Shown: piece by piece, positions 13,646-26,977 of the stretch
How positions within the stretch are numbered: the stretch's first letter is position 1
Layout of the letters: each line of letters begins with the position of its first letter
DNA from: Piromyces finnis finn
Taxonomy: Eukaryota; Fungi; Neocallimastigomycota
Reading direction: 5' to 3'
DNA length: 64,000 nt
NCBI GenBank assembly: GCA_002104945.1
Contig: MCFH01000043.1
Span: 124,001-188,000, forward strand
The notes under the pieces: model-generated
Told to the model about the DNA's origin: nothing
The model's input: only the letters and a program-made list of their open reading frames with translations
Databases searched by the model: none
Made by a program: the position numbers and the translations under genes

Positions 13646-14921
13646 TTTTTTAAGTTTACTAATATACAGCTTTAATTATTATTGTTGTAATTTTAAATAT
13701 AAAGTTTTTTTTTCCTTTTGTGTAAATTCAATAGAATATTTTTTATTGTTTAATTAAATTTACTTTTAAATTTGGTATATAGAGGTATATTTCATTTATT
13801 GTTTTTTTTTTATCTTTTTTAAATAAAGTTAATTTTTATTTTTTTTATGTAAGTTGGTATTATATTTTTCTCTGACATTATTTTTTTTGGTTTATTAAAA
13901 ATGTTTATCATTCTCTTTATTAACAAAGATTTCTTCTTTATCTACTTTTATATTATGTATAAAAAATAGTTTTTATATTTTTTATTTGATAATAAATAAA
14001 AAGAAAAGTGAACTTTTTTTACTCTTTAAATACTTTTTTTTTTTAATATATAAATTAAAACTTTATTTTTTTTTTTTGGTATAGTCACAAAATTTTAAAT
14101 ATTTTATTAAAATTTTAATTTAAAAAAAAAAAAATTAACTAGACTAATAATAGATATTAAAATGATTTTAATTGCTTTTTTTATATATTCATAAGATGAA
14201 TAATAAAGAAATATAATAAATTATAGTCATAATAAATAATAGATATAAGAAATATGAAATAAATATTAAATAATAATAAATAAATAAGTAATAAAATGGC
14301 TCTTAATTCTTCTTAGTCATTATTAGTTTAAAATATTTCATATTTTTAGAGTTAACTAATTATTCATTAACATTTCAACAAAATCGAGGATGTTCATTCA
14401 AAGAAATTATATTGTATAATATATTACAGTATATTAATAATATATTGAATCTTGGTTCAGTCAATAAATCAAAAAATGAAATTCTGACAATATTATAATA
14501 TATTATAATAAATTACTATAATATATTATTTGTATTGGCTTTGATCTTTACCATCAATAATTTTAATACCAAGAAAAATAAAAAAAAAAAAAAAAAAAAA
14601 AAAAGCATTCATAATTAAAAATTAGTGATATCAAAATAACGAAAAAGAAGTCGAAAAAATGGAAAGAATATGAAATATTAAAGTCACTAAATTTTAGAAA
14701 TATTTTTATTCTTATTCTTATTAATAAATATTTTTATTACTTCTTTTTTTTTTAAAAAAATGAATTTATTAGATTTTCTTTCCTTTTTGTTTTTTTTTAT
14801 ATGTTTTTTTAGATCATTTTTAGAATTTTCGGTTTTTAGGAAAAAATATTAATTTGTTTTCTGTATTTTTAAAAAAGGAAAATTAAACTAAAAATAGATG
14901 ATTGAAAAAAAATTGTTGTAA

Positions 14922-14925
<4 letters not shown>

Positions 14926-15016
<91 letters not shown>

Positions 15017-15032
15017 GTTATTATTATTATTA
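14926..15032. repeat. (TAT)n microsatellite
   Basis: Direct reading; it produces the spurious poly-Tyr ORF 14902-15090. Confidence 0.95.
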
Positions 15033-16461
15033 TAAATACCTTATTTTCAAGAATTTAATAATATCAAAATTTCGCTATTTTCTAAAATAAAGTTTAAATT
15101 ATTGAATTAAATAAAAATTAACCAATTTGATATCATTATATCTTAATCTCTCTATGATTTAAAGCAATTATTCTACATATAAAGAATTTTTAATGATGTT
15201 TCATATTAAAAAGTTTTATTTGTACTTAATTTTGGTTTAATAAAGTTTTTAAGAATTAAATATTTACAAATATTAATTATAAATTATTCAATGTTTTTAA
15301 ATAAAATAGAAAACTAAAGAAATAATATAGCATCTTAGTAACAAAAAATTTTAAGAATAATGAGATAGAATAATATAGAAAAATATTAATATACATTATC
15401 TTTAAAAAATATAAAATTGATAATTTAAAGTTTAAATTATCATTTTATAATTCAACATTTTTTAACTTTAAATAATATTTAAAAAAGAAAAAAAGTTCGA
15501 TCTTGATTAAATAATATTTTAATGTAATAAAAAAGAAAAACTTTATTAAACTAAAAGTATTATTTAATAAAAAAAACAACAAGAAAAAAAAAACATTAGA
15601 ATAAATTTTATCATAAACTTACATTAAATTCATAAATTAAAAAGTCATGATCATAATGGATTATTAAAAATTTTATTATAATAAACTATATAAAAAAAAA
15701 ACACTTTAACTTTTCAAACAATAATGTATATATAGAAATTAAAAGTTAAATTGAAAAAAAAAATAGTTTTAAAATTAATATTTAATTAAAAGAATGATAG
15801 CTAATATTCCATTATTCAAAATACATGAAAATAATATTATTTCTTTTTTCGCATTAATATTTAAAATCCTTTTATTGCAATTTTATAATTAAATCCATTG
15901 CAAGAAAGATAAGATTTAAACAAATGATAATCAAAAATCATGATGAATATAGTAATATATTAAATTTATCAATTATAATTGTAAATAATAATGTTTATTT
16001 ATGATCCTTATTAGAAAAAGAGAAAATAGCAATAATTAATTCAAATAAGTTCATTAAAAGAATTACATTCAGAAGATCACAACCACAATAAAAAAAATAT
16101 TTCATCTTTTTATTTAATGCACTATGAATTTATAATAGTATCCAACTAAAATAATTAAGATTACAAAAAAATATGCTTTGAAATTTTTTAATTCCTTTAT
16201 AAGGCTTAAATAATGATATTAATAGGATTGGCTTCATTATAATTGTTTAAATTAAATTTACTGCTAGTCGTTAATCATGGAAAAATGGCACTTAACTAAA
16301 TAATATTAAAAGAAGGAATCTTTTCTTTCAGATAAAATATTTAAAAAATTTAATATATTAAAAAAGAACCATTAATTTCAGCCAAAATATATAAAACAAT
16401 CTAACATTTACCCAACAATGATTTCATTAATATATAAAATTGATTATAATTATTAATGAAT

Positions 16462-16504
<43 letters not shown>

Positions 16505-17565
16505 AATATTTTATTAGTATTTAAAACATTGAAAAAAAACTAATAACTACATATTGTAAAATATTTATCCAATACTATCTACATTTTATTTCTTATAATG
16601 TAAATATATACAAATCTTTATTTTTTTTAAATTTTAAGTAAAAGATTTATTCCTGAAATAAAAATGGTATTTAATATTATCATAATTTATTTGATAGTCT
16701 AATTTTATTAAAACATATCATCTAATCCCTTAAATTCTATAATAATTGCATCTTTTTTATAAAAAAAAATCAACAAAAAATACAAAATAAAAGTTTATCT
16801 TTAATTTTATGTCTTTATTTATATATAATAATATAATATTTTCTTATCCAGTTATTTATTATTATTTATTTTAATATTTTAATTAATATAAATTGGATAC
16901 ATTCATTAATAAAAAAAATAAAATTTCATATTTTAATAAAATATATAATATTAAAATATATACTAAGTTTAATAATTATATTTGTATATAATTATTATTA
17001 ATAATGTATAATTAAATTTTTAAATACTCTTTTATTATTATAAATACTTAACAAACTCTCTATTTCTTTCTATCACTTTAATATTAATGTTTAATATTTA
17101 ATAAATTTAAAAATCATAAAGAGCAAATTTTTTACTGCTTTATCAAATGAAATAATAAGATTCTTTTGTTTTAGAGAAAGTGTATAATATATATATATAT
17201 ATGAAAATAATAATTTCAATTATTTCTTTATTTAGGGTTAAAAAAAAATACAGTATATTTTATTTACAGGATTATATATAAAAATGATAATAATTAAGTT
17301 TTTCAGTAAATTTTTAAACTTTATTACTTTATATACTGTTTTTTTTAAAAAAAAAAAAAAATCATATTTTAGTACAAAGAATTTCTAAATTATTTAAATA
17401 TTTTCTAATTCATTCTTAAAATATAATATAACCAAAAATATATTAAAAAAAATTTTTTAAACTATCTATTTAACCAGCATTGCAAAATAATAAAATATAA
17501 ATATTTACTTTAATCTCTGTTAATGAATACTTAAATACTTATATTAATTATAAAAAAAAAACAAT

Positions 17566-20500
17566 ATGTATAATGCTATCAACGTAATATTAAACAATTT
17601 TTATCTTTTGATTTTTCTAAATATATCACTGATACTTATATCCCAAAAAGTAAAAGCAACTTCTATTAAAAATGAATATGATCTTAACAATATTATAAAG
17701 AAAAAGGATCAATCCAATTTAATATTAAATATTGATTCAAATATTAATATTTCAAGTAATATATCTATAATGAATTCATTTCAAAAAATATCGTTTATTG
17801 GAAATGATAAAGATTCCTCTGTATTAAAATTTACCAATAAAAATTATAAAATATATTTTTCTGAAAATGTAAAAGAGATTGAAATAATAAATATAACACT
17901 TTATGGAAATTTGCAATTTAATAATAATATTATAATCAACTTAAATTCTACTTCAATTAATGGAAATATTTATTCGAATTCTAATAAAAAGGATGGTTAT
18001 ATAAATATATCAAATGTTACATATAGAGCAACTTCAGTTTCAACAGATTATTGTGTTGATTTGAGTGGAAATATTGAAATTGATAATTCTCTATTTTTTG
18101 GTAGTACCTTATGTGGGTTAAGATTATTTAATTTCAACGGATTAAATAAATATTATTTAAAAATAAAAGATACATATTTTAATGGAGAATATAAATGTTC
18201 TTGCCTAAGTATTAACAGGGCAAATGATGTAAATATATATTCCAGTTCATTTGAAAATGGATACAATTCAGAACTCAATTATGGAGGGTCAATAATAATT
18301 TTTTATTTTATAATTTATTATTCTATAATAGTTTTGCATATATGTTAATTTTTTATATTAATTTTAATTTATATGATAGTGGTGGCATTTATATTATTGA
18401 TTCAAAAATCTTTATTCAATATTGTACATTTAAAAATATATTTAGTGAAAAAAATGGAGGAGTACTACATATTGATAATGCTTTATCATTTACAGCTGAT
18501 CATATAGATGTTTATAATTCTACCTCAGTTAATTGTGTAAATAAAAAAAAAGTATAATATACTTTTAATTCAATTAATAATATTAGTAATATGATAAAAA
18601 ATTAAATATTTTTTTAAAGGGAAGTATGGCTTATATCACTACCGAATATGAAAATAATTCAGAATTAGTTTTTAAAAATTTTAGACAATTTGATACAGGA
18701 ATTGAAAAAGAAATTTTGGATGGAGGGACAATTATGATGTATTATTAATATTAAAATAATTTTAAATGTAAAATTACTTTTATATATTATATGTAATAAT
18801 TATTTTATATAAATATATAATTATTTTGATCATTTTCATTTAGTTTAAAAAAAAATGCAAAAGTAAGTATAGATAACTATTACGCTGAAAATATAATAAG
18901 TAATCATTGTGCAAATGCTTTTACTTTAGAAGATCATTCTAAAATTCTTGTCAAGTAATGATTATTAAAATAAATTATAAAAATTGAATAAAGCCTTTTT
19001 TTTTCTAATGTCTAAATAATTTTTTAGGAATATTTATATAAGTAATATTAGAACAAATTGTTGGGATAGTGTATTCATAAATACAGTTAATTCAAAAAAT
19101 GTTAATATCAGAGCAGTAAATGTCACTATTAATGAAGCCTATCAGGTTAAAGATGAAGCTGGATTACTATTATGGTTAAATGATAATTCTCAAGCTAATT
19201 TAACAGAGTATAAATTGATAATAATTATTTATATATAGTAAATGATATCATAAATTCAAAAAAAAAGTTTTATTTTAATATTTATATCATAAATATATTA
19301 AATTAAAAATAGTATAAAAGTTATTAATTCTGGTGGTAAAAACACAAGGTAATAACACTATATTATGAAATAAATAATTTAACATATAATATTGTAAATT
19401 TTTCAACTAAGTGTCAAAAAAAAAAAAAAAAAAAAAAAAAACAATAAGATTAATATATGGATCTAGTGAATGCCCTGTAACAATTGATAACTTAGAAGTA
19501 AAGAATTTTAAATCAAATACCTACCAAGAATTCATAGTAATATATACTATTTCCAAAGAAAAAGGTTTAAATTAATAATTATATATTTATATATATAAAT
19601 ATATATATATATTCTCATTTTTTAACAAATTATTGGGCTTATATATATATTATGATACAAATTATTAGCCTATTTACATATGAATAATATAAAATTGGAT
19701 AATGTACAAATAGAAGGATGTGAATATTTAAATATATTAATATTATAAAATAATTATTTCAATGATAACATTAATCCTTATATAATAAATAAAATTATAT
19801 TAGCTCTAATTAGAACAACAAATTATTTGGATGTGACATTAACAAATTCTGAGGTAATAAAATTAAAGTTAATTTAATAAAACCATCGTAAAATTCTAAT
19901 TTATATAATTATTTTGTATTATAATAATTAGATAATAAATGTTAATTTATGTCATAATAGAAATGACGAAGAATGCAATATTAAAAAATCCTTATCTATG
20001 GAGGAATTAAAAACAAGTCTTGCATTTATAGGAAGAGAATCAATGATAACAATTACTAACACAACATTTAATAATATATATGGAAGTAAATATCTTTTAT
20101 TATTGAAAACAAAATAAAAGAATAACAAATACATATTCATATATATTTATCTATTATTAAAATATATAATACAATCAAAAAACAATAAATTAATCATTTA
20201 ACATTAAATTATAGATAGAGGATTTGCAATAGGTGATTCAGGAAAAATTATGATGCATAATAATACATTTAGCAATTGTCATTTTGATAATGGAATTATA
20301 GAAGTTGATACAAATAATTTTATTAATGGAAACTATTATATTGAGAACACTAATTTTTATAATAATACCTCTACAAAAGGGCCTATTTTAAATATTAAAA
20401 GTTTTGGAAAGGAAGATATTAAAGAAGAATCTAAAAAAAAACTGGATGATGAAGAATTTACAAATAATATATTAATTAAAAATTCAGTATTTAAAAATAA

Positions 20501-23095
20501 TTCGGCATCAGAACTGGGTGGTGTTATATACTCTATTAGTTCTAACTCCAATAGATATATTAACTTTGATCATTGTGAATTTATAAATAACATTGCACGT
20601 ATCGGTAATATATGCTTTAGTTTAAATAAGAATAGTGAACCTGAATTTTCCAATGCAGATATTATAAAAAATATGAAAGGAATCGCAACAAATCCAACTA
20701 AAATAGCATTATCTGATGATTATGATATAAAAATTAACTCTGGTGATAAAATTCCATCTGGTTTATCTTGTAAAAAAAATATATTAATTTAATTATTATT
20801 TATAATAGTTTCAATAATTATTATTAAATTTCAATTTATATTACATTTTTGTTATATAGGCAAGATGTATGATGATTATAATAATGGTATGTATTTTTTA
20901 ATATAGTATATAATTATAAAATTATTATTTCAAACCATTATTTCATTATTTTTAAAATTCTAAATAAAATATTTTATTAATATCTAATAAATATTTAATA
21001 TAATATAAATAAAGAAATATTGTTTGATACAGATATATCAAATTTTAATATTAATAATATGGTATCATTCAATATTGAAACCTCTGATGATTATAATGTT
21101 GAACTATATGGTCAAACAAAGTCATATTGTTGGAATGATAAATGTGAATTTCCATCATTTAAAGGTAAATATAAATTTTCCTAAAATATTTTATCTTTAT
21201 TTTCATGTTATATAATCAATATTATTCAATTTTTTATTTATTATACTAATCGATATACTTTTTATTATACTGTGAATGTAGTTATAGGAAATCCGGGTCA
21301 TAATAGAAGAATAAAATTTACGATTGTTACATTTGGTATATTAAATAAATATTATAATTATGAAATAATGACTTTTGAATACAAATATTAAATATAATAT
21401 ATATACTAAAAAAAAAATACAAAAGGCAAATATAATACTTTTGAAAATAATTCCATTGATTTAAATTTTCAAATCAAAGAATGTAATAGTTCTTACATAT
21501 ATCAATATATTGATAGTCCAAGATTAAAGTCATGGTAAATAATATATTTAATAATATAAATTAATAATTACTTTTATAAATATGTTTACAATCATAATAT
21601 TAATATTGTTTAAATAAATTATAGTTATAAACCTACATGCAGTCCTTCATGCAATAATAGAGGGGAATGTGTAAATATGAATGTTTGTAATTGTGAAAAA
21701 ACATTATTCACAGGAACTTATTGTAATGAACATTACCGGTTACTACGAAATAAAACGATTGATCTATCCTTAAGAACTATTATATATATCTTATTTATTC
21801 TATCTTTTATCATAATGATAATGTTGTTTATATACAGAAATAATCCAATAATTAAACCTGGTAAAATATATATTTTTTTAATAATCTCAATAATATACAT
21901 ATTACTTGTAATTATTAAAAGCTATTTTATAATATATATATATATATATATATATACAGCTGCATTTGATTTAATGCTAATTATTTTAGTTGGAATAATG
22001 ATAAACTTAATTTATGCACTCTTATTAACCATAGAAAAATCACCTCTTAACTGCTATAGTCAATATATATTAAGCAATATTGTAAGTGTCTTATTAATGA
22101 ATTTTAATTAAATATTTTTTTACATAAATTATAAAATTATTCTTATTATTAATATTATTATATATATTATATAATTAGGGATTCTCATTAGTATTTGTTA
22201 CTATCTTAGTAAAACTATTCAGAATATATAGAATGTAATATATATATTCTATATTTTTAATTATAATTTCATATTTATATTTCTGGAAAAATATTATTAT
22301 TTACTAATTTAAAATAAAATATTAAAAAGTTTTTGCTTTCACCCAGGAACAGTTCGAATAATGAAACAATCAACAACATATATAGTAATTTTTTCATATA
22401 TATCCTTTTACATAATTATTAGTATTATTTTTATCTTCTGTAATGGAATAAAATTAGATTTAAGGTTAACAGACGATTTTAAAGAATATAAGAAATGTAC
22501 ATTACCAAAAATTAATATATTATGGTAAGAATTTATCTATACAACAAACAATATACTATTATATACATATTATTATATACATATTATAAATACATTATAA
22601 TTTAATTTTTTTAAAAACAAAGTATAATGTTAAATTTCTTTGTGCTGGCTATTAGTTGTTTAATATCTTATGCTATTAGAGCAGTTGACGAAAAATATAA
22701 AGAAGTACACTTTTTATCAAATATTTTTAAACATATTTATTAATGAAATAATAAATGTAATATTAATACTATTTTTTTAATTACTAGAATTTAGCAATAC
22801 CTGTATATGTATACATTTTATTTACAACAATTACTCAAATAGTCAATTTTAATGATGAAATTTCAATTGTAGTTCAAGATTTTTTAGAAACCCTTGGGAC
22901 AATAATATACACTTCAGTAACATTATTATTTTTATATATATTTAAATTTTATAAAATATATATAATAAAATCAATTGAAAAAGAAAGCGTGTCAAAGCAT
23001 TCAATATATAGTTCTGATAATAATATAACATTTACACTTAAGTCAAAGTCTTTAGCTACATTAATGTCTAATCAAAAAAATCTATCATCAAATTC

Positions 23096-23130
<35 letters not shown>

Positions 23131-23207
23131 GTAATAATTTATGGAAATCTAAATCAATAAATGTTATTCCATATAGATATACTGATCATAATGTCGTTTA
23201 TATATAA
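17566..23207 (+). CDS. Multi-exon class C-like (7tm_3-type) GPCR with signal peptide, pectin-lyase-like beta-helix ectodomain and EGF-like motif
   Basis: About 20 GT-AG exons; those I spliced join in frame. Hydrophobic N-terminus; repeats like CTFKNIFSEKNGGVLHI and SVFKNNSASELGGVIYS; EGF-like CSPSCNNRGECVNMNVCNCEKTLFTGTYCNE; TM region with RNNPIIKP, VKLFRIYRIF, KEYKKC, AIRAVDEKYKENLAIPVYVY and LYIFKFYKIY; stop at 23205-23207. Confidence 0.85.
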
Positions 23208-24453
23208 CCATTTACTGAAGCAGCTAAGATTCATGTAATTTATTTATAAAAAAAAACATTTAGAATACTAGCTATCGGTTATGATAGTCATTCTTTATAT
23301 ATATATATAAAAAGATATACATCATTTTCTCTATTATAATTTTCAATACTATTATATAAAACTTTAATAATAGTTTTTATGATATTGTTCATAAAAAATA
23401 AATAATTACATATAATAGATAGTTATATAATAAAATAAAAATCAATGCTTTATTCTCTCATGCATATTAATGCTCATAAATATTGTAATAATTTAAAATA
23501 AATAAACTTGTTTTTAATATATGTATGATACATTTATATCTATGAAAGTGGCTAGAAAGATTATATGTCAAATTATATTGTAGGTAACTTGTGTAAATAA
23601 TTAATAATCAAACTTTCTGGATAATATTTATCATTCCATTATTAATATGATAAAAAATAATTATTGATCAAATAAATTTAATTACTACTTTCACAATAAA
23701 ACTACATTTTATTTATTTAATAAAGTTTAGTAATATAATAAAAATATGTTTAACTTTTAATTTTTTTTTTATCTTTACAAAATAATTCATATATATGAGA
23801 AATAAAGATAATACAAAATAAAAATATATTCCATTAAAAAAGAAGTATATTTCTTACTTACAAAAAAAAATAAAAAAAGAAAGAAAGAAAATCTACAAAA
23901 AATATATTTATTTATTAATTTATTTTCTTATTCTACTTATTTACTATAATAAGAAATAATTTATTTCAATTATTACTTTATAAAATTAAATAAAAATATC
24001 TATTAAATAAATTGTAATAAGAATTTCAAATTTTAATGATTACAATATAACAATAGTTTTAAGCCTTCAAAAAACTTTTTATTGTTGTTGTTATTCTAAC
24101 TAAGTTTTTTTTTTTTTTTTTTTTTTTTTTAATAATCAAAATATAAATTTAAATTACACATTTTCTTATAAAAAGAATTAATTTATTCTTATAGAATTGT
24201 TAGAATAACATTAATAAATATAAAAATCATAATTAAAATATTATTAATGGTATTACAATAAAATATACAAGAAAATAATAAACTTCATTAAACCAAAATT
24301 TAAACCTTGAAATAAAGAAGATTAATTATCTTTAAAAAAATATATATAAAAATATAAAGAAAGACAAAACATTAAACTAAATATTATAAAAATTTAAAAA
24401 TAATAAATAAATACCTTTTTTAAATTAAAAATTAAAATAATATAACATAAGAA

Positions 24454-26258
24454 ATGGCAACAACAGCCGAAGATTTCAGGGAATTATTAAATGCCGAAAC
24501 TCATATTGATATGGAAAAATTAAGGCAATTTTCAAAACATGGTATTCCGGATGAAGTAACTTTCAAAATAATATATATCAATAAAATATATAGATATAAG
24601 ATTTATAGATATATGCTATATACAATATGATATAAACAACATTTTTTTTTTCTTTGTAAAAAGAAAAAAATATAAAATGAAAAATAAAAATAAACAGTTA
24701 AATATACATTATAGAATTTCAAATCATTTTAATAACAAATATAAAACTATTATTGAAAAAATCTTTTTTTTATAATAAATATATTAATAAAATTTTTTAA
24801 ATAATATATTATTCAATAATGATAATGATAATAATAGGTAAGAGGTGATGCATGGAAATATTTATTAGGTGTTGAACAGCCAAATAAATGTAAGATAAAC
24901 TAGAAATTATCAATAATGTATTTTATAAAAAAAAAAAACAAGTTTCAATTTTTCATTAATACTTAATATAATAAATTTTTAATAATTTAAAAAGCTAATG
25001 AACTTTCTGTACTAAAAACAAAATATGAAACTTATAAACAATATGATAAAATAAATAACGAATTATTAAAACCAATAAGAGGAGAAGCTTCAAGATATAA
25101 TAGAAGTAAAGAAAAGTTTTTTAAATCAAAAAATCTTTCTTCTACCTTAGAAAATGTCATTTCTATATATATAGATCATAATCGTACTGTAGATTATAAT
25201 CCAGCTTTTATCCACTTATGCGGACCATTTGTATATTCTTATGATGATGAATATGATGTATATTATAGCTTCGAAAGACTTATGATACTTTTAGGTATAA
25301 TTTAAAAATTTAGAAATTAATTATCTTTATTAAATAATATATATATTATCATCAAAAAATATTAATCCATTACTACGTTTAATAATGCTTGTTTTTTATA
25401 CTTTATTTATATTAAAATAGATGAATATAATACTTTTCATGATATAAATGAAAGATTAGCTAGATTTTTGATGAGATTTAGAATGATATTACCAGATTTA
25501 TATAATCATTTTGAAGAAGAAGAAGTTGATTTTAAAGAATGGACCTCTTCATGGTAGTTTTATGATTCTAATAATATATAATATTATAATAATAATAATA
25601 ATATAAAACATATGATTAATATAAAACAAAATAAAATGATAATAAAAGGTTAAAATATTTGCTCGCTAAAGAATTACCATTAGATTGTTTAGTAAGATTG
25701 TGGGGTATGTATATCAAAAAAAAATTTATTAATAATTCATAAATATTTCATAAATTACTATTTCTAATTTTTTTTTATTATTATTACAACTGATTTTTCA
25801 TAATTACTAGATACTTACTTTTCAATTGAAGAAGGTTTTGACTTACATTTTTATGTTTGCTTAGGTATTTAATATGATAGGGATAATAAACATAATAATA
25901 ATAAAATTAAATAGTAATAAGTAATTCAACTTTTTTTATTGATATTTTATTAAATGGTATTATATATATAATGATATTATAATTATAATAATATAGCTAT
26001 ATTAAAATACTTTAAAGAAGCATTAGAAGAATGTGAATGTTCAGAAATTAGAGCATTGCTATTACGTCTACCATCTATGGATATGGATAAAGTAAATTAA
26101 AACAATAATATTTTTACTTACTTCAATAATTATATATAAATAATAATTTATTAATATATATATTGATATATATATATTTATTTATAAAATAGATTATTTC
26201 ACAAGCATTTACTATTAAGAATGAAATTATGGCAGAACAATTTTTAGATCCATACTAA
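24454..26258 (+). CDS. TBC (Rab-GAP) domain protein, 8 exons, atypical catalytic motifs
   Basis: Spliced product MATTAEDFRELLNAETHIDMEKLRQFSKHGIPDE/VRGDAWKYLLGV...LPDLYNHFEEEEVDFKEWTSSW/LKYLLAKELPLDCLVRLW/DTYF...HFYVCL/AIL, carrying the TBC motifs GIP..RxxxWxxLL and LxRLWD. Confidence 0.88.
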
Positions 26259-26977
26259 ATATAAATAAAACAATGTTATTGTTTTTTTCCTTATATATAT
26301 TAAAAAATAATAAATTAAATTAATAAAGACTTTTATAACTGAAAAAAAACAATAGGTATTAATTAATACAAAACTATTAAGTTATAATAGTAACATTGAT
26401 AACAATAAATAACTAGATATACATATAATTCAATAATATATAATAATATATGTAATCATATCATAATAATGATAAGGTACAGAAATAAATAACTTAAACA
26501 AAATTCACATAAATGTTTATACAATTTTCATTCTCATAATAAAAACTTTTATAAAAAAAAAGATATTATAAAAATTTAGAATAATATTTACTTCATAAAA
26601 GAAAGAGAGTTAATTGTGTTTATTAATTTTTCTTTTATTATATCATTTTTTATGTAATTTATTAAAAATTTATTTTTCAAAATAGTTTTAAATTAATAAT
26701 TAGTTTAAAAAATCAAAATTTTAATAAATAAAAAAATGTTTAAAAAAAATAAAATAAAATAAAAAAATAAAAATTGAAAAATACATAAGCATCTTAAAAT
26801 AAAGGGAAAATAAAAAAGAAAAAGTTGAGAAAAAAAATAATAATAGTATTTTTTGTATTTTAAATGTAATTCTATTAAAATAATAAAGAGAAGATTTCAA
26901 ATATCATTAACAATTAACAAACTAAAAATAAATGCATTAATAAAAAATAATTAAGATAAACATAAAGTAATTAAATA

